DNA of 64,000 bases from contig CAZIDZ010000007.1 in assembly GCA_964538455.1 (NCBI GenBank), forward strand, positions 33,645-97,644, in the 5' to 3' direction. The DNA comes from an uncultured bacterium. Lineage in GTDB: Bacteria; Electryoneota; Electryoneia; Electryoneales; Electryoneaceae. The translations under genes and the position numbers were made by a program. Positions 18,016-28,191 of this stretch are shown here, one piece after another (position 1 is the stretch's first letter; each line of letters begins with the position of its first letter). The notes under the pieces were generated by a model, which was given only the letters and a program-made list of their open reading frames with translations, did no database searches and was not told the origin of the DNA.

Positions 18016-18794
18016 CCCGAACCTCGATCGTTCCCCGCTCGCGTGTTCCCCTGTTTCTGGTTTTCGTTCTGATGTTTGCGGGTTGCGGCGCCCTGCGCCG
18101 CGGAGAAATCCCACCCGCTTCCCCGCGCTCAGCCCGCGTGATGATCGCCGACGAATTCATGCTTGTTCACCGCTTCGAGGGTGTGTTCTTCCTCAACGTC
18201 AAGTCTCCGGAGTACAACGTCACGTTGAAGGGGACATGTCGCCTTGAACACCCGGGCCGTTTCCAGGGCCGCCTGATGGGGCCGTTCGGAATCCGGCTCG
18301 GCGAACTGGTTCTCAACGATGGTGCCTACCGGATTCTTGCCGCCAACGGCAGGGTGGAGGAGGGCGACGTTCACGATCTCGATCTCCGGCAGTTGACCGG
18401 TGTCGAGCTCCCGGCCGATGATCTGCTGAGCCTCTTCGATCCCGCCGCTAGACCCCCGCCGGAGGGAGTCCGAACGATCTCGCTCCGGGTGCAAAAGGAT
18501 TCCGGGTATTGGCTCTGGAGGGTTGACGAAGGCTCGGTTGTTCGGGAAATTCAGCTTGATCCGGTAAAGCGTGTCGTCCGGTCCGAGATGTGGATGACCG
18601 GGGACCAGGTCATATTCCTGAGAAAGGATTACGATCAGTTCGAACGGACCGGCGGCGGAATGGTTGCGCACCGCCTCGTGCTCCACTCCCAGGCCGACCG
18701 GCCGGTGACGGCGGAGCTGGTGTACGAATCGCTGCAACTCGATCCAGAGTGGAAGGACGATCCATTCAGCATGGTGGAGCCCGCGACGCAATGA
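18012..18794 (+). CDS. lipoprotein, possible LolB/DUF4292-like fold
   Basis: Signal plus lipobox (VFVLMFAGC|GA). ~260 aa with no catalytic motifs. GTG start overlaps the upstream stop (GTGA). Confidence 0.45.
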   Translation: MTRTSIVPRSRVPLFLVFVLMFAGCGALRRGEIPPASPRSARVMIADEFMLVHRFEGVFFLNVKSPEYNVTLKGTCRLEHPGRFQGRLMGPFGIRLGELVLNDGAYRILAANGRVEEGDVHDLDLRQLTGVELPADDLLSLFDPAARPPPEGVRTISLRVQKDSGYWLWRVDEGSVVREIQLDPVKRVVRSEMWMTGDQVIFLRKDYDQFERTGGGMVAHRLVLHSQADRPVTAELVYESLQLDPEWKDDPFSMVEPATQ

Positions 18795-19741
18795 AGAACA
18801 AATCGCGTATCACGGTACTGGTTCCGCTGTTCAACGAAGAGGAGTCGCTGCCTCACCTGAAGGTTGCGCTCGACGAGGTTCTGGCGCGTGAGAAAATCCG
18901 GGCCGAGCTGCTGTTTGTCGACGACGGCAGCAGCGACGGCTCAGCCGGGATGATCGACGGCTTCGCCCGCGAGGACAAGCGCGTCAAGGTGATCCATTTT
19001 CGGCGAAACAGGGGAAAATCGGCCGCGCTGGAGGCGGGCTTCCGCCAGGCTCAGGGGGAGTTCGTCGTCACCATGGACGCCGACCTGCAGGACGATCCCA
19101 ACGAGATCCCTAGCCTGATTGCGAAGCTGGAACAGGGCTTCGACATGGTCAGCGGCTGGAAAAGGAAGCGGCATGATCCCCTCTCGAAGATCATGCCGAG
19201 CAAATTCTTCAACCTTGTCGCGAGGCTGACCAGCGGCATCCACCTCCACGATTTCAACTGCGGATTGAAAATCTACCGCCGCGAAGTGCTCGATACGATC
19301 GATTTGTACGGCGAACTCCACCGCTTCATCCCGATCCTCGCCGGCAGCCAGGGGTGGCGCATCGGCGAACTGCCCGTGCAGCATCACGCGCGGAAATGGG
19401 GGAAGACAAAGTTTGGCATCTCGCGTTTTCTCTACGGCTTTCTCGATCTGCTGACCGTTCTGTTCATCACCCGCTTCGCCGTGCGCCCGATGCACCTGTT
19501 CGGCGGGATCGGCCTGCTCACCAGCCTGGTCGGTTTCGCGATCCTCGTCTATCTCACCGTGATGTGGTTCATGGGGCACGGGATCGGCAACCGCCCCCTG
19601 TTCTTCCTCGGCATCCTGCTGATGATCGTCGGCATGCAGTCCTTCTCCATTGGTTTGATCGGCGAGATGATCACCCACCATCATGCGTCGCTGCGGCTGC
19701 TGCAGAAGAACAATGTGAAAGAACTCGAGGAAAAACCATGA
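18791..19741 (+). CDS. family-2 glycosyltransferase, polyprenyl-phosphate sugar transferase-like (ArnC/DPM1-like, with C-terminal TM helices)
   Basis: ITVLVPLFNEEESL…LLFVDDGSSDGS…VTMDADLQDDP (DXD). Two C-terminal TM segments. ATGA overlap with the upstream gene. Confidence 0.8.
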   Translation: MKNKSRITVLVPLFNEEESLPHLKVALDEVLAREKIRAELLFVDDGSSDGSAGMIDGFAREDKRVKVIHFRRNRGKSAALEAGFRQAQGEFVVTMDADLQDDPNEIPSLIAKLEQGFDMVSGWKRKRHDPLSKIMPSKFFNLVARLTSGIHLHDFNCGLKIYRREVLDTIDLYGELHRFIPILAGSQGWRIGELPVQHHARKWGKTKFGISRFLYGFLDLLTVLFITRFAVRPMHLFGGIGLLTSLVGFAILVYLTVMWFMGHGIGNRPLFFLGILLMIVGMQSFSIGLIGEMITHHHASLRLLQKNNVKELEEKP

Positions 19742-20877
19742 TCGTCGGGTTGGTCGCTCCCTTGCCGCCTCTGCGCGGCGGGATTACCCATTTCGACGTT
19801 CTCCTCCTCGACGGTCTTCGCAGCGCTGGCCACACCGTAGTGCCCATCAGCTACCGGACGCTCTACCCGTCGTTCCTGTTTCCCGGAAAATCGCAATTCG
19901 ATGACGCCCTCGCGCTGGATCCGGAGACCCGGCCGTTGCTCAAGGCGTGGGATCCGCTCACCTGGGTGCGGACGCGCGCTGCGCTGAAAAAGGCGGGAGT
20001 GGAATCGCTGCTGCTGGTCCATTGGCACCCCTTTTTCGCCCCTTGCCTGCGTTTCCTGGCGTCTTTCCGTCCCCGGCAGGGTATTGCGCTGTATGTCCAC
20101 AACGCCATGCCCCACGAGAACGCCTGGATGGGCAAGCTGCTCAATCCGCTGCTCTACCGCGCCGTCGACCGCATGTTCATTGGATCGGATGCGGAGGCGG
20201 AGGTTCTGCGCCGCGTCGCACCAAAGGTGCCCGTTCGCACCGTGATCCACCCGGTGCATGACCGTTTTAGACGGTTCTTTCCGGAGATGACGACGCGTGA
20301 GGCGCGGACGAGGCTCGGAGTTTCCGGGGATAAGCCGCTGCTGGTGCACCTCGGGCTCGTTCGCCCTTACAAGGGCGTGGATATCCTGCTCGAAGCGATC
20401 GGACGATTGCCGAGGGGGAAAGTGACCCTGGAGGTTGCCGGGGAGTTCTATGACGACCGGTCGACCTATGAGCAAATCGTCGAACGGTTGGGGATTCGGG
20501 ACGAGGTGACGCTGACCGACCGCTACCTCAGCGATGAGGACATGGCGCTCCGTCTGCGGGCGGCGGACGCTGTCGTGCTCCCCTACCGCTCCGTCACTCA
20601 GAGCGGCGTCGCGATGGCGGCCCTCTCGATGGGAACCCCGGTCATCGCCACCCGCGTCGGTCAGCTCGCGCAGGTGATCGTCCATCCGGAATACGGCGAG
20701 TTGGTCGAACCGGGGAATGCCGCAGCGCTCGCCGAAGCCATCGAACGCTACCTGGGGCGGTACAAGCCGGGGGATGCGAAGCTGCGGCGGCGGATTCGCA
20801 AACTCGCTGATGAACAGTTCGGGCGCTGGGAGCAATTCGCGGACCGGATGCTGCGGCCCGAATCGGAAAGTGCGTGA
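19738..20877 (+). CDS. family-1 (GT4-type) glycosyltransferase
   Basis: The C-terminal half has the GT-B retaining signature (…LGLVRPYKGVDILLEAI…DAVVLPYRSVTQSGVAMAALSMGTPVIATRVG…). ATGA overlap with the upstream GT2. Confidence 0.75.
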   Translation: MIVGLVAPLPPLRGGITHFDVLLLDGLRSAGHTVVPISYRTLYPSFLFPGKSQFDDALALDPETRPLLKAWDPLTWVRTRAALKKAGVESLLLVHWHPFFAPCLRFLASFRPRQGIALYVHNAMPHENAWMGKLLNPLLYRAVDRMFIGSDAEAEVLRRVAPKVPVRTVIHPVHDRFRRFFPEMTTREARTRLGVSGDKPLLVHLGLVRPYKGVDILLEAIGRLPRGKVTLEVAGEFYDDRSTYEQIVERLGIRDEVTLTDRYLSDEDMALRLRAADAVVLPYRSVTQSGVAMAALSMGTPVIATRVGQLAQVIVHPEYGELVEPGNAAALAEAIERYLGRYKPGDAKLRRRIRKLADEQFGRWEQFADRMLRPESESA

Positions 20878-21806
20878 TGTTTCATCGTGTCGCCTGGGTG
20901 ATGGTGAACCACAACGGTGGCGGGGAACTGCTCGCGACGGTGGATTCGCTGGCGGATGATTTGTCCGCTGGCGACACGATTGTCCTGGTCGACAACGGCA
21001 GCGGCGACGGTTCGGCCGAGCAGGTGCTGGCGCTCCACAGGAACGTTGTGCTGCTTCGCAACGATGACAATCTGCCTTTCTCCGCCGCGAGCAACCGGGG
21101 GATACAGTACGCGCTCGAGCGGGATTGCCCTTGGATCGGCCTGCTCAATCCGGATGTTCGGGTCACGCCGGGTCTCACCGATGAACTCGTGCGCGCCCTC
21201 GAGGAGGGTGGGGCGGAGCGCGTTGGCGCCGTCAGCCCTGTGATCACCTTCGGCGGCACGGATCGCATCTGGTTCGCGGGTGGTGTGATCCTCTGGCCGC
21301 TCGCCTGGATTCATCACCGGGGAATGGGGAAACACCGTGGCAATGCCTACCGTTATCACGGGTTCACGAGCTATCTTACCGGATGCTGTTGGCTTTCCCC
21401 GGCGCAGGCGTGGCGCGAGGTTGGGCTGCTCGACGAACGGTATCTGATGTACGCGGAGGACGCCGACTGGTCGGCCCGTGCGCGAGCGGCCGGGTGGCGG
21501 CTTCGTGTCCACTCGACCGCGTCGCTTCAGCACAACGTCTCCTCTTCCACGAAGGGGAGGTTTTCGCCGGTCAAGCTGTATTACCGGACGGTGATGGGGC
21601 GTAGATTCTTCAAATTCAACACGCCTCTCTGGGCGCGCCCTTTGCAGTTGATCGGCGCGACGTTGATGCATCTCGTCTACGCTGCGTTCTTACTTTTGAC
21701 GGGCAATGCTGAGGCGCTTGAAGCGTATCGTAGGGCCCTGCGCCTGAAACCCACGGAGCGAGTGAAGTGGCCGCCTTCCCCGAAACAGATCGTCAGCTCG
21801 TCGTAG
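20877..21806 (+). CDS. family-2 glycosyltransferase (rhamnosyltransferase-like)
   Basis: VMVNHNGG…VDNGSGDGS…SNRG…GLLNPDV…YAEDADW is the typical GT2 (WcaA/RfbQ-like) motif series. Start overlaps the upstream stop. Confidence 0.75.
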   Translation: MFHRVAWVMVNHNGGGELLATVDSLADDLSAGDTIVLVDNGSGDGSAEQVLALHRNVVLLRNDDNLPFSAASNRGIQYALERDCPWIGLLNPDVRVTPGLTDELVRALEEGGAERVGAVSPVITFGGTDRIWFAGGVILWPLAWIHHRGMGKHRGNAYRYHGFTSYLTGCCWLSPAQAWREVGLLDERYLMYAEDADWSARARAAGWRLRVHSTASLQHNVSSSTKGRFSPVKLYYRTVMGRRFFKFNTPLWARPLQLIGATLMHLVYAAFLLLTGNAEALEAYRRALRLKPTERVKWPPSPKQIVSSS

Positions 21807-22678
21807 ACGCCCGGAGATGGTCCGGGGGGATCGCGCGGGAGTGGCTGCTGCCCTGGATCCTGCTGGCGCTGCTCGGCGGCACGGCGGTTTTCGAGTGGTT
21901 CTACTCGCCGATCGAAAGCGCCCTCGGCGATTTCATGGTGTGGTCGCGCCCCGTCCGGCCCGAGGCGGGACGCGCGTGGGAGTTGAACCAGCAGGGCGCG
22001 GACGCGATGAAAACGCTCGGCGCGCTCGCCCAGACGTCCCGGCTTCGGCAGGCGGCGGGGGGGACACTGTCTCGTTGGAGCATGGTCCCCGCCTTGATGG
22101 ATTCGTTCGACGTCTTCTCCATCTCGCCGCAACGGTTCATCGATCTCTACGACCAGTTGCCGCCCGCCCTGCAGGGAATGGTGATCCGGCCGATTGACCT
22201 CGTGCATGTGCGTACCGCGGGAACATGGCAACGGGTCTTTTTCGTCCGCGAGGGCGACCGCAGAATGCTCTACCTCGTCGATCCCTACAACGTCGTCCTC
22301 TACCAGTCGAAGCTCCCCGATTCTTTCTTTGAGCGGTACGACCGCTTTTCGCGCCCTGTGGAGGGGTACCTCGATCAGGTCGGTCAATATGCCGTCATCG
22401 CGCCCGCCGAGGCGTTCTTCCAGGCGCTCGCCCCCGCGGGCAAGGTGGAGCTCAGCTCCGGCGACCTCCGCTGGATTGCGTCGCTCGAAGGCCGCCTCGA
22501 GAGCGTTGGCTTCGCCGCCAAGCCCACCGACGAGCTTTGGGAAATCGGGTTCGAGGTGTCGCGCGAGGGGAGAGTGCTCGTTTACCGGTACTGGATCGGC
22601 AAAGCGGCGGGCGAGACGCTCATCCATGAACTCCAGTCGTTCAAACGCAGCGAGCAGGCCGGGGGGAAATCGAAATGA
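21767..22678 (+). CDS. hypothetical membrane-anchored protein
   Basis: One N-terminal TM (WLLPWILLALLGGTAVF). No recognisable domain. Tightly coupled to the flanking genes (overlap with the GT2 3' end; ATGA overlap with PBP1A). Confidence 0.45.
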   Translation: MAAFPETDRQLVVDARRWSGGIAREWLLPWILLALLGGTAVFEWFYSPIESALGDFMVWSRPVRPEAGRAWELNQQGADAMKTLGALAQTSRLRQAAGGTLSRWSMVPALMDSFDVFSISPQRFIDLYDQLPPALQGMVIRPIDLVHVRTAGTWQRVFFVREGDRRMLYLVDPYNVVLYQSKLPDSFFERYDRFSRPVEGYLDQVGQYAVIAPAEAFFQALAPAGKVELSSGDLRWIASLEGRLESVGFAAKPTDELWEIGFEVSREGRVLVYRYWIGKAAGETLIHELQSFKRSEQAGGKSK

Positions 22679-24762
22679 ACCGCTTCGCCCTGTTCTGCTC
22701 CCGGCTCGGATACCTGATTCTCGGATTCGCCGCTCTCGGCGTCACCGGCCTCATCTTCCTCGTGGCGGTCAATGTCGATGGCATTCCCCGCGTTCCCGAT
22801 GAACTGAACCGGCTGATTGCCGTCTCGCCCACGGAAGTGTACGCCGCGGACGGTTCCCTGCTGACCCGTGTCGGCGGCCGCCGCGCCGTACCGCTTGACC
22901 GCATCGCACGCACCTACCAGCTCTCGGTGCTCGCCGCCGAGGATGACGACTTCTATCACCATCACGGCATCGATAAACCCGCGCTGGTGAAGGCGACGTG
23001 GAACGCTCTGCAGGGGAGCAAAAGCCGCGGCGGGAGTACGATCACCCAGCAACTCGCACGAAACCTGTTCTTCAGCTTCGAAAAAACCTACGCGAGAAAA
23101 TTCCGCGAAATCCTCGCCACCCTCGAAATCGAGCGGCGATTCAGCAAGGACGAGATTCTCGCCGCCTACTGCAACGGGATATATTTCGGCAACTACGCCT
23201 ACGGCATCGAGGAGGCGGCGACCTCCTACTTTGGCGTCCACGCCGCTAACCTCGACCTCGCCCAGGCCTCCCTGCTCGCCGGACTACCCCAGTCCCCGAG
23301 CCGCTACAATCCGTACCGCTATCCCGACCGCGCGGAGGCGCGCCAGGACTGGATCCTCAACCGTCTCAAGATGCTCGATTGGATCGACCTCGACGAGTAT
23401 CGCTCCGCCGCGGCCGAGCCCCTCGACTTCCAGCCGCTCTACCAGACCGCCGACGAGGGGAGTTACTTCCTCGACGCCGTGCTTGACCAGCTTGAGGAGA
23501 AGTACGGCCGCACGGTGCTCTACCACGGCGGGTTGAAGATCTACACCACTCTCGATCCCACGCTCCAGTCGTGGGCGGTTGAAGCGGTCCAGGAGGGGTT
23601 GGGCGATCTCGACAGCCGGTTGGGCTTGCCCCGCTTCGACCCGACGCGCGAGGAGGATCGTCAGAACTATCCACAGGCAGCCCTGGTGGCGATCGAGGCG
23701 GCCACCGGTGCCGTGCAGGCACTCGTCGGCGGCCGCGACTGGCAGGCGAGCCAGTTCAACCGCGCCGTGCAGGCGCAGCGCAATATGGGCTCCGTGCTCA
23801 AGCCCGTGCTCTACCTGACCGCGATGGAAAAACTGGGGGTTCACCCGGCCTCGCTGATCAACGACGACAGTATCACCGTCGTGATCCCCGGCACCAACCC
23901 CTGGTCGCCGACGAATTTCTATCCCAATTTTCGCGGCACGACGATCCTGAAGACGGCGCTCGAACAGTCGCTCAACACCCCCGCCGTTCGACTCATCCTC
24001 TCCGTCGGGCCGGAGAACGTGGTCGAGAGCCTGCAAAAGCTGCAAGTGCGCTCGCCGCTGCTGCCGCATTACAGTATCGCTCTCGGCGGAGTTTCGGTCT
24101 CTGCCGTGGAACTGGCGGCGATTGGAGGCTCGATCGCTAATCTTGGCGAGGTCATCCAGCCTTACTACGTGCGCCGCATCGAGGACGACCGGGGTCAGAT
24201 CCTCGAGGAACATCTCGCCACTCGCCGGGCGGAGTTCGATCCGGAAGTCACCTACATGCTGGTCGACATGATGAAGGGGGTGATCGCTCAGGGGACTGCC
24301 GCGGAAGTCAAACAGTACGGATTTACGCTGCCGGCGATCGGAAAGACCGGCACCACAGACGATCACCGGGACTCCTGGTTCCTCGGCGCAACAACGCAGC
24401 TCTCGGTGTCAACCTGGGTCGGGTTCGACGACTACCGGCAGATGATCGATGTCAAGGAGGAGGGGATCACCGGTTCGACCGGGGCGATGCCGATTTGGGT
24501 GAATTTCATGCTCAAGGCAACCGAGGGAGAACCGCCGAGGGACTTTCCTGTGCCCTCAGGGATCGAGTTCGTTCCCGTGAGCCCTTGGACCGGGAAGAAT
24601 GTGTCGGAGCGGGCGAAGGGTGCGATGATCGCCGCGCTGCCGGAAGGTGTGGAGCTGCCCGATTCCACCCTGTTGCGCATCGAGGCGAGCTGGGGCGACA
24701 CCGTTCGCGTCGACTCCCTGGGACAGGTGACCATGCACCTCCGTGAGGAGGCGCTCCCATGA
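22675..24762 (+). CDS. mrcA: class A penicillin-binding protein (bifunctional transglycosylase/transpeptidase, PBP1A-type)
   Basis: N-terminal TM. GT51 motifs (EDDDFYHHHGID, GGSTITQQLARN, RKFREI). Transpeptidase motifs SVLKP (SxxK), SLN and KTGTT. Confidence 0.9.
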   Translation: MNRFALFCSRLGYLILGFAALGVTGLIFLVAVNVDGIPRVPDELNRLIAVSPTEVYAADGSLLTRVGGRRAVPLDRIARTYQLSVLAAEDDDFYHHHGIDKPALVKATWNALQGSKSRGGSTITQQLARNLFFSFEKTYARKFREILATLEIERRFSKDEILAAYCNGIYFGNYAYGIEEAATSYFGVHAANLDLAQASLLAGLPQSPSRYNPYRYPDRAEARQDWILNRLKMLDWIDLDEYRSAAAEPLDFQPLYQTADEGSYFLDAVLDQLEEKYGRTVLYHGGLKIYTTLDPTLQSWAVEAVQEGLGDLDSRLGLPRFDPTREEDRQNYPQAALVAIEAATGAVQALVGGRDWQASQFNRAVQAQRNMGSVLKPVLYLTAMEKLGVHPASLINDDSITVVIPGTNPWSPTNFYPNFRGTTILKTALEQSLNTPAVRLILSVGPENVVESLQKLQVRSPLLPHYSIALGGVSVSAVELAAIGGSIANLGEVIQPYYVRRIEDDRGQILEEHLATRRAEFDPEVTYMLVDMMKGVIAQGTAAEVKQYGFTLPAIGKTGTTDDHRDSWFLGATTQLSVSTWVGFDDYRQMIDVKEEGITGSTGAMPIWVNFMLKATEGEPPRDFPVPSGIEFVPVSPWTGKNVSERAKGAMIAALPEGVELPDSTLLRIEASWGDTVRVDSLGQVTMHLREEALP

Positions 24763-26327
24763 GCTGGTTAACCTCCCTGGCCCTGCGCCTGTTCCTCGCC
24801 TCGTCCGGAGCGTTCGGATTCAGCCTGCTGGTCAGCCGGTATCTGCTGGCAAAACTGAGCGGTGCGGGGCATCCCGGACTGCCCGTCCTGATGATGCTCC
24901 TGCCGCTGATGATCGCTCTCGGCCTGGTCTTTCTCGTGCCCGATTGGATTCTCCGGGCGCGGTGGGAGAAAAAATGGCTGCCGACCGCCACCGGAGTTCG
25001 TGAATTGCCGCCGGAAAAGCGGTTGCCGGTGATCCGCGCGGGGTTGCGTGAGCTGAGCGGTCCCTGGTCGCTTCCGCCCGTTGCGCGCGCGCGTGCCAGC
25101 CTTTACGCGACGGCGTGGGCAAAGACGCTGCTGCGTCTGCGCGTCCGCGACATCTGGGCCTGGGAGCTGTACGCGCTCGCGTGGTACTCGCTGAAACACG
25201 ACGTTGACGCGGTGGATGAACTGCGCGGACAGTTGATGGAAAGCCGCACCCTTGAGGACGCCGCCTTCGATGTCGGTTTGTCCGTCCTCGATGTGCGTCA
25301 GGCGGATGTCGATCTCGCAATCCTCCTCTCGCATGAAGGCCTGGTCCGGGACACCTCCCGGCTCAACCCGGAGCGCCGCGTGCTGCTCGAAAATGTCTGG
25401 CTGGCGGCGTACGCGCGTGATGAAGCGTCGCGCGGTGAACTGCTCCCGCACCTGACGAAACTTTTCCTCAGGCAGCAGCGCCGCGACGAGGTTTCCGGCC
25501 GGATCTATTTGGACGCCTTCATTGCGGGCATCCGCTCTCCCGACCTGCGGATGGAGATGAGAAGGGTCGCTTCGGTGCTCGCCCGCACGGGCAGGAGTCC
25601 CGAGATGACCGCAAATCTGCGGGCGCTGGCGGGTAGTGGGGATGGGCGCGGTGTTCCCGCCGAAGAGGGTGTCGAGGCCGAAACAGGCACGATCCTCCGC
25701 GCTCCCACGGCGTGGAGCGAGTTTAAATCAGCCTTTCCCAAGGATGTCGATCTCGCGCAGCAGGTGCCCGTTCCCAAGTCTTCGGAGAAAGGGCGCATCC
25801 GGATTTCAAAAAGTGTGGCAATGCAGTTGGAGGCGGAAGCAGGCGTCACGGCGGGTCGGAAAGCTCGCTGGAGAACGAAGGGGGGAACGCTGCGGCCCGC
25901 TTCCCTGAGACGCGTGTGGATGATCCTCGCCCTCGCGGTGATCCTGATCGCAGCGGGCGCCGGTGTCGCCTGGCATCTCACGAGGGGACGGGCAACTCCC
26001 CCTCAACTCGAACCCGCAACGACAGGCAAACCGCTTCCGGTCGGGAATGTCCACTCGGAGTTGCCTTTCACCGTTCAAATCGCGGCCCTGCCCCAGCGAT
26101 CCGCGGCGTTTGACCGGGTGCGCACTCTGCGTTCCCAGGGGCTCGATGCCTACTACGTTGTCACCCAGCGCGGAGACGCCCGCTGGTACCGTGTTCGCTT
26201 CGGCCATTTCCCTACGACCCGAGCCGCCCAGGCGACGGCGGACTCCCTGCAGGAACTCGGGATCATCAACGAATATTTCGTCGCAACCTTCGAACCGGGT
26301 GTTGTCCCGCCGGATCGCTCTCGCTAA
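24759..26327 (+). CDS. membrane protein with C-terminal SPOR (peptidoglycan-binding) domain
   Basis: N-terminal TM helices. The C-terminus FTVQIAALPQRSAAFDRVRTLRSQGLDAYYVV…RWYRVRFGHFPTTRAAQATADSLQ fits the SPOR fold pattern. ATGA-type overlap with PBP1A. Confidence 0.55.
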   Translation: MSWLTSLALRLFLASSGAFGFSLLVSRYLLAKLSGAGHPGLPVLMMLLPLMIALGLVFLVPDWILRARWEKKWLPTATGVRELPPEKRLPVIRAGLRELSGPWSLPPVARARASLYATAWAKTLLRLRVRDIWAWELYALAWYSLKHDVDAVDELRGQLMESRTLEDAAFDVGLSVLDVRQADVDLAILLSHEGLVRDTSRLNPERRVLLENVWLAAYARDEASRGELLPHLTKLFLRQQRRDEVSGRIYLDAFIAGIRSPDLRMEMRRVASVLARTGRSPEMTANLRALAGSGDGRGVPAEEGVEAETGTILRAPTAWSEFKSAFPKDVDLAQQVPVPKSSEKGRIRISKSVAMQLEAEAGVTAGRKARWRTKGGTLRPASLRRVWMILALAVILIAAGAGVAWHLTRGRATPPQLEPATTGKPLPVGNVHSELPFTVQIAALPQRSAAFDRVRTLRSQGLDAYYVVTQRGDARWYRVRFGHFPTTRAAQATADSLQELGIINEYFVATFEPGVVPPDRSR

Positions 26328-26362
26328 TCTTCATTCAAGCGGCCTCAGAAACAAGGAATCGG

Positions 26363-27304
26363 ATGGTGAACTCCCTCGACGTCATCGGCGTCGGACGCGC
26401 CGTCATGGATTTCGCCGTGTTGGTCCCGGACTATCCGGAGCTGGACCGGAAAACAGAGGCGTTGGATCGGTTCTACGGCAGCGGCAGCCCCGTCCCCAAC
26501 GCCCTCTGCCAGCTTGCTCGGTGGGGATGGGACACGGCGCTGGTGGCGGCTGTCGGAGCGGACCGCGAAGGCGAGGATTTCACATCAAATCTCGCTTCTT
26601 GTTCCGTGGAAACCTCTTTTCTAACAAGAAGAGAGGGGCAATCGACGCCGAGAGCTTATATCTGGGTGGAAGAGCGTACCGGAAAGCGTACTGTCGTTTT
26701 GGATAGGGCACTTGCGCCGCTCTCGGACGGAGACCTACCTTTCCAAAGTCTGCATCAAGCCCGCTTCTTGTTGGCGGATGGATATGAAGCCGCTGCGAAT
26801 ATCGCGGCGATGAAAGCCGTCCGCGAGAAAGGCGGGGAAGTGATGCTGGACGTGGGGGCCGTCCGGGAGCTTATGGACGAGCAACTCGCGCTCTGTGATT
26901 GGATTATCGCCTCGCTCAACTTCGCCAAGCAACGCTTCGGAAACCTCGACCTGTTCCAGGTTGTCCGTGAGCTGCTCGGCTATGGTGCGAGGGGTGTCGT
27001 CGTGACAAACGGCGCTGGCGGCTGCGTCGCCACCTGGGAGGACGAGGTGGAATGGTTTCGCAGTTTCCCGGTCGCCACCGTGGACACGACGGGCGCGGGG
27101 GACATCTTCCACGCAGGATTCCTCCACGGCCGCTTGAAGGGGTGGTCGGTGCCGTCGTCCGTGCGATGGGCGGCTGCCGCCGCGGCCATCTCCACAACCG
27201 GCTTCGGTGGACGTGGAAAGCTGCCGGATGAAGCTGAGGTGCGCGAACTGTTGGTCAGGGAAGGGGAACCGTGGGACGGAGAGCCGGAAAACGAGTGGAA
27301 GTGA
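26363..27304 (+). CDS. PfkB-family carbohydrate kinase (ribokinase-like)
   Basis: N-terminal GVGRAVMD, and the C-terminal anion-hole motif VDTTGAGDIFHAGF. 313 aa. Confidence 0.8.
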   Translation: MVNSLDVIGVGRAVMDFAVLVPDYPELDRKTEALDRFYGSGSPVPNALCQLARWGWDTALVAAVGADREGEDFTSNLASCSVETSFLTRREGQSTPRAYIWVEERTGKRTVVLDRALAPLSDGDLPFQSLHQARFLLADGYEAAANIAAMKAVREKGGEVMLDVGAVRELMDEQLALCDWIIASLNFAKQRFGNLDLFQVVRELLGYGARGVVVTNGAGGCVATWEDEVEWFRSFPVATVDTTGAGDIFHAGFLHGRLKGWSVPSSVRWAAAAAAISTTGFGGRGKLPDEAEVRELLVREGEPWDGEPENEWK

Positions 27305-27414
27305 ATCCGGAGCAGGAGGATCAGCTTGCCCTGCCCGGGTTTGGACTTCCTTCCGGCAATGCGCGTAACGGCAACGGGGCGCAGAACGGGAAGCCCGAGG
27401 ACGTCTCCGCGGAA

Positions 27415-28191
27415 ATGGACGTTCCCGAGGAGCTGGAGATCGAGCTCCAGACACGCACCTTTTATCCGGGTAAGAAACATAATGGTCCCTGGCATAATAC
27501 AGTGTTTAAAGGCAATAACATGGACGTCCTTAAAAGCATGCCCAGTGAAACCGTGGACCTGATCCTCACCGACCCGCCTTACAACATCAACTACCGCTCC
27601 AACCGCCGGGTTAAAAAAGCAAAGTTCAAACACCTCGAGAACGACAACAACAACGACTGGATACCTGAGTTTGCCAAGGAAGCCCACCGTGTGTTGAAGA
27701 ATGACCGCCACCTCTACTGCTTCTGCCGGCACGACACCTATCCCCAGTTCATCGCTGCGTTTCAGGAAGCCGGTTTCAAACTGAAACGCACCCTGATCTG
27801 GGTCAAGAACAACCACGGAAGTGGCGATTTGAAAGGGGATTACGCCCCTCAGGACGAGTGGATCATCTATTGCCACAAGGGCCGCCGGGAACTATTCGGG
27901 AAGCGCATTTCGAACGTTCTCTATTTTCCCAGATTGAACAGCGACAAGTTGCGGCATTCGACAGAGAAACCGACAAAACTGCTGGAAAAGCTCATTGAGA
28001 AATCGACCAAGAAAGGAGAACTCGTTCTCGATCCCTTTGCGGGATCCGGGTCGACGATGTTCGCTGCAAAAGAGAAGGAACGGTACTATTGCATCATCGA
28101 GCTCGCCGACGCCTACTACCTGACCAGCGAGAAAAGACGCGGTGAACTCAATCAAACTTCGCTTGAGGAAAAACTGTACAAGGATCTCTGA
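27415..28191 (+). CDS. beta-class DNA methyltransferase (N6-adenine or N4-cytosine), apparently orphan
   Basis: Motif IV TDPPYN precedes motif I LDPFAGSGST, the beta-class order. The catalytic core is clearly AT-richer (~50% GC) than its surroundings. The open frame extends to 27271 with a low-complexity N-terminus. Alternative internal starts are 27415 and 27520, the latter with an AAAGG eight nt upstream. The TGA overlaps the ATG of the next gene. Confidence 0.75.
   Translation: MDVPEELEIELQTRTFYPGKKHNGPWHNTVFKGNNMDVLKSMPSETVDLILTDPPYNINYRSNRRVKKAKFKHLENDNNNDWIPEFAKEAHRVLKNDRHLYCFCRHDTYPQFIAAFQEAGFKLKRTLIWVKNNHGSGDLKGDYAPQDEWIIYCHKGRRELFGKRISNVLYFPRLNSDKLRHSTEKPTKLLEKLIEKSTKKGELVLDPFAGSGSTMFAAKEKERYYCIIELADAYYLTSEKRRGELNQTSLEEKLYKDL

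Noticed and set aside
26590-26780. 9-bp inverted repeat CTTCTTGTT…AACAAGAAG (plus a third CTTCTTGTT copy) and a GC dip inside the pfkB kinase gene, considered as a MITE-like insertion
   Set aside because: The reading frame stays PfkB-like across it, and a 9-bp IR within ~40 nt is expected several times by chance in 64 kb.
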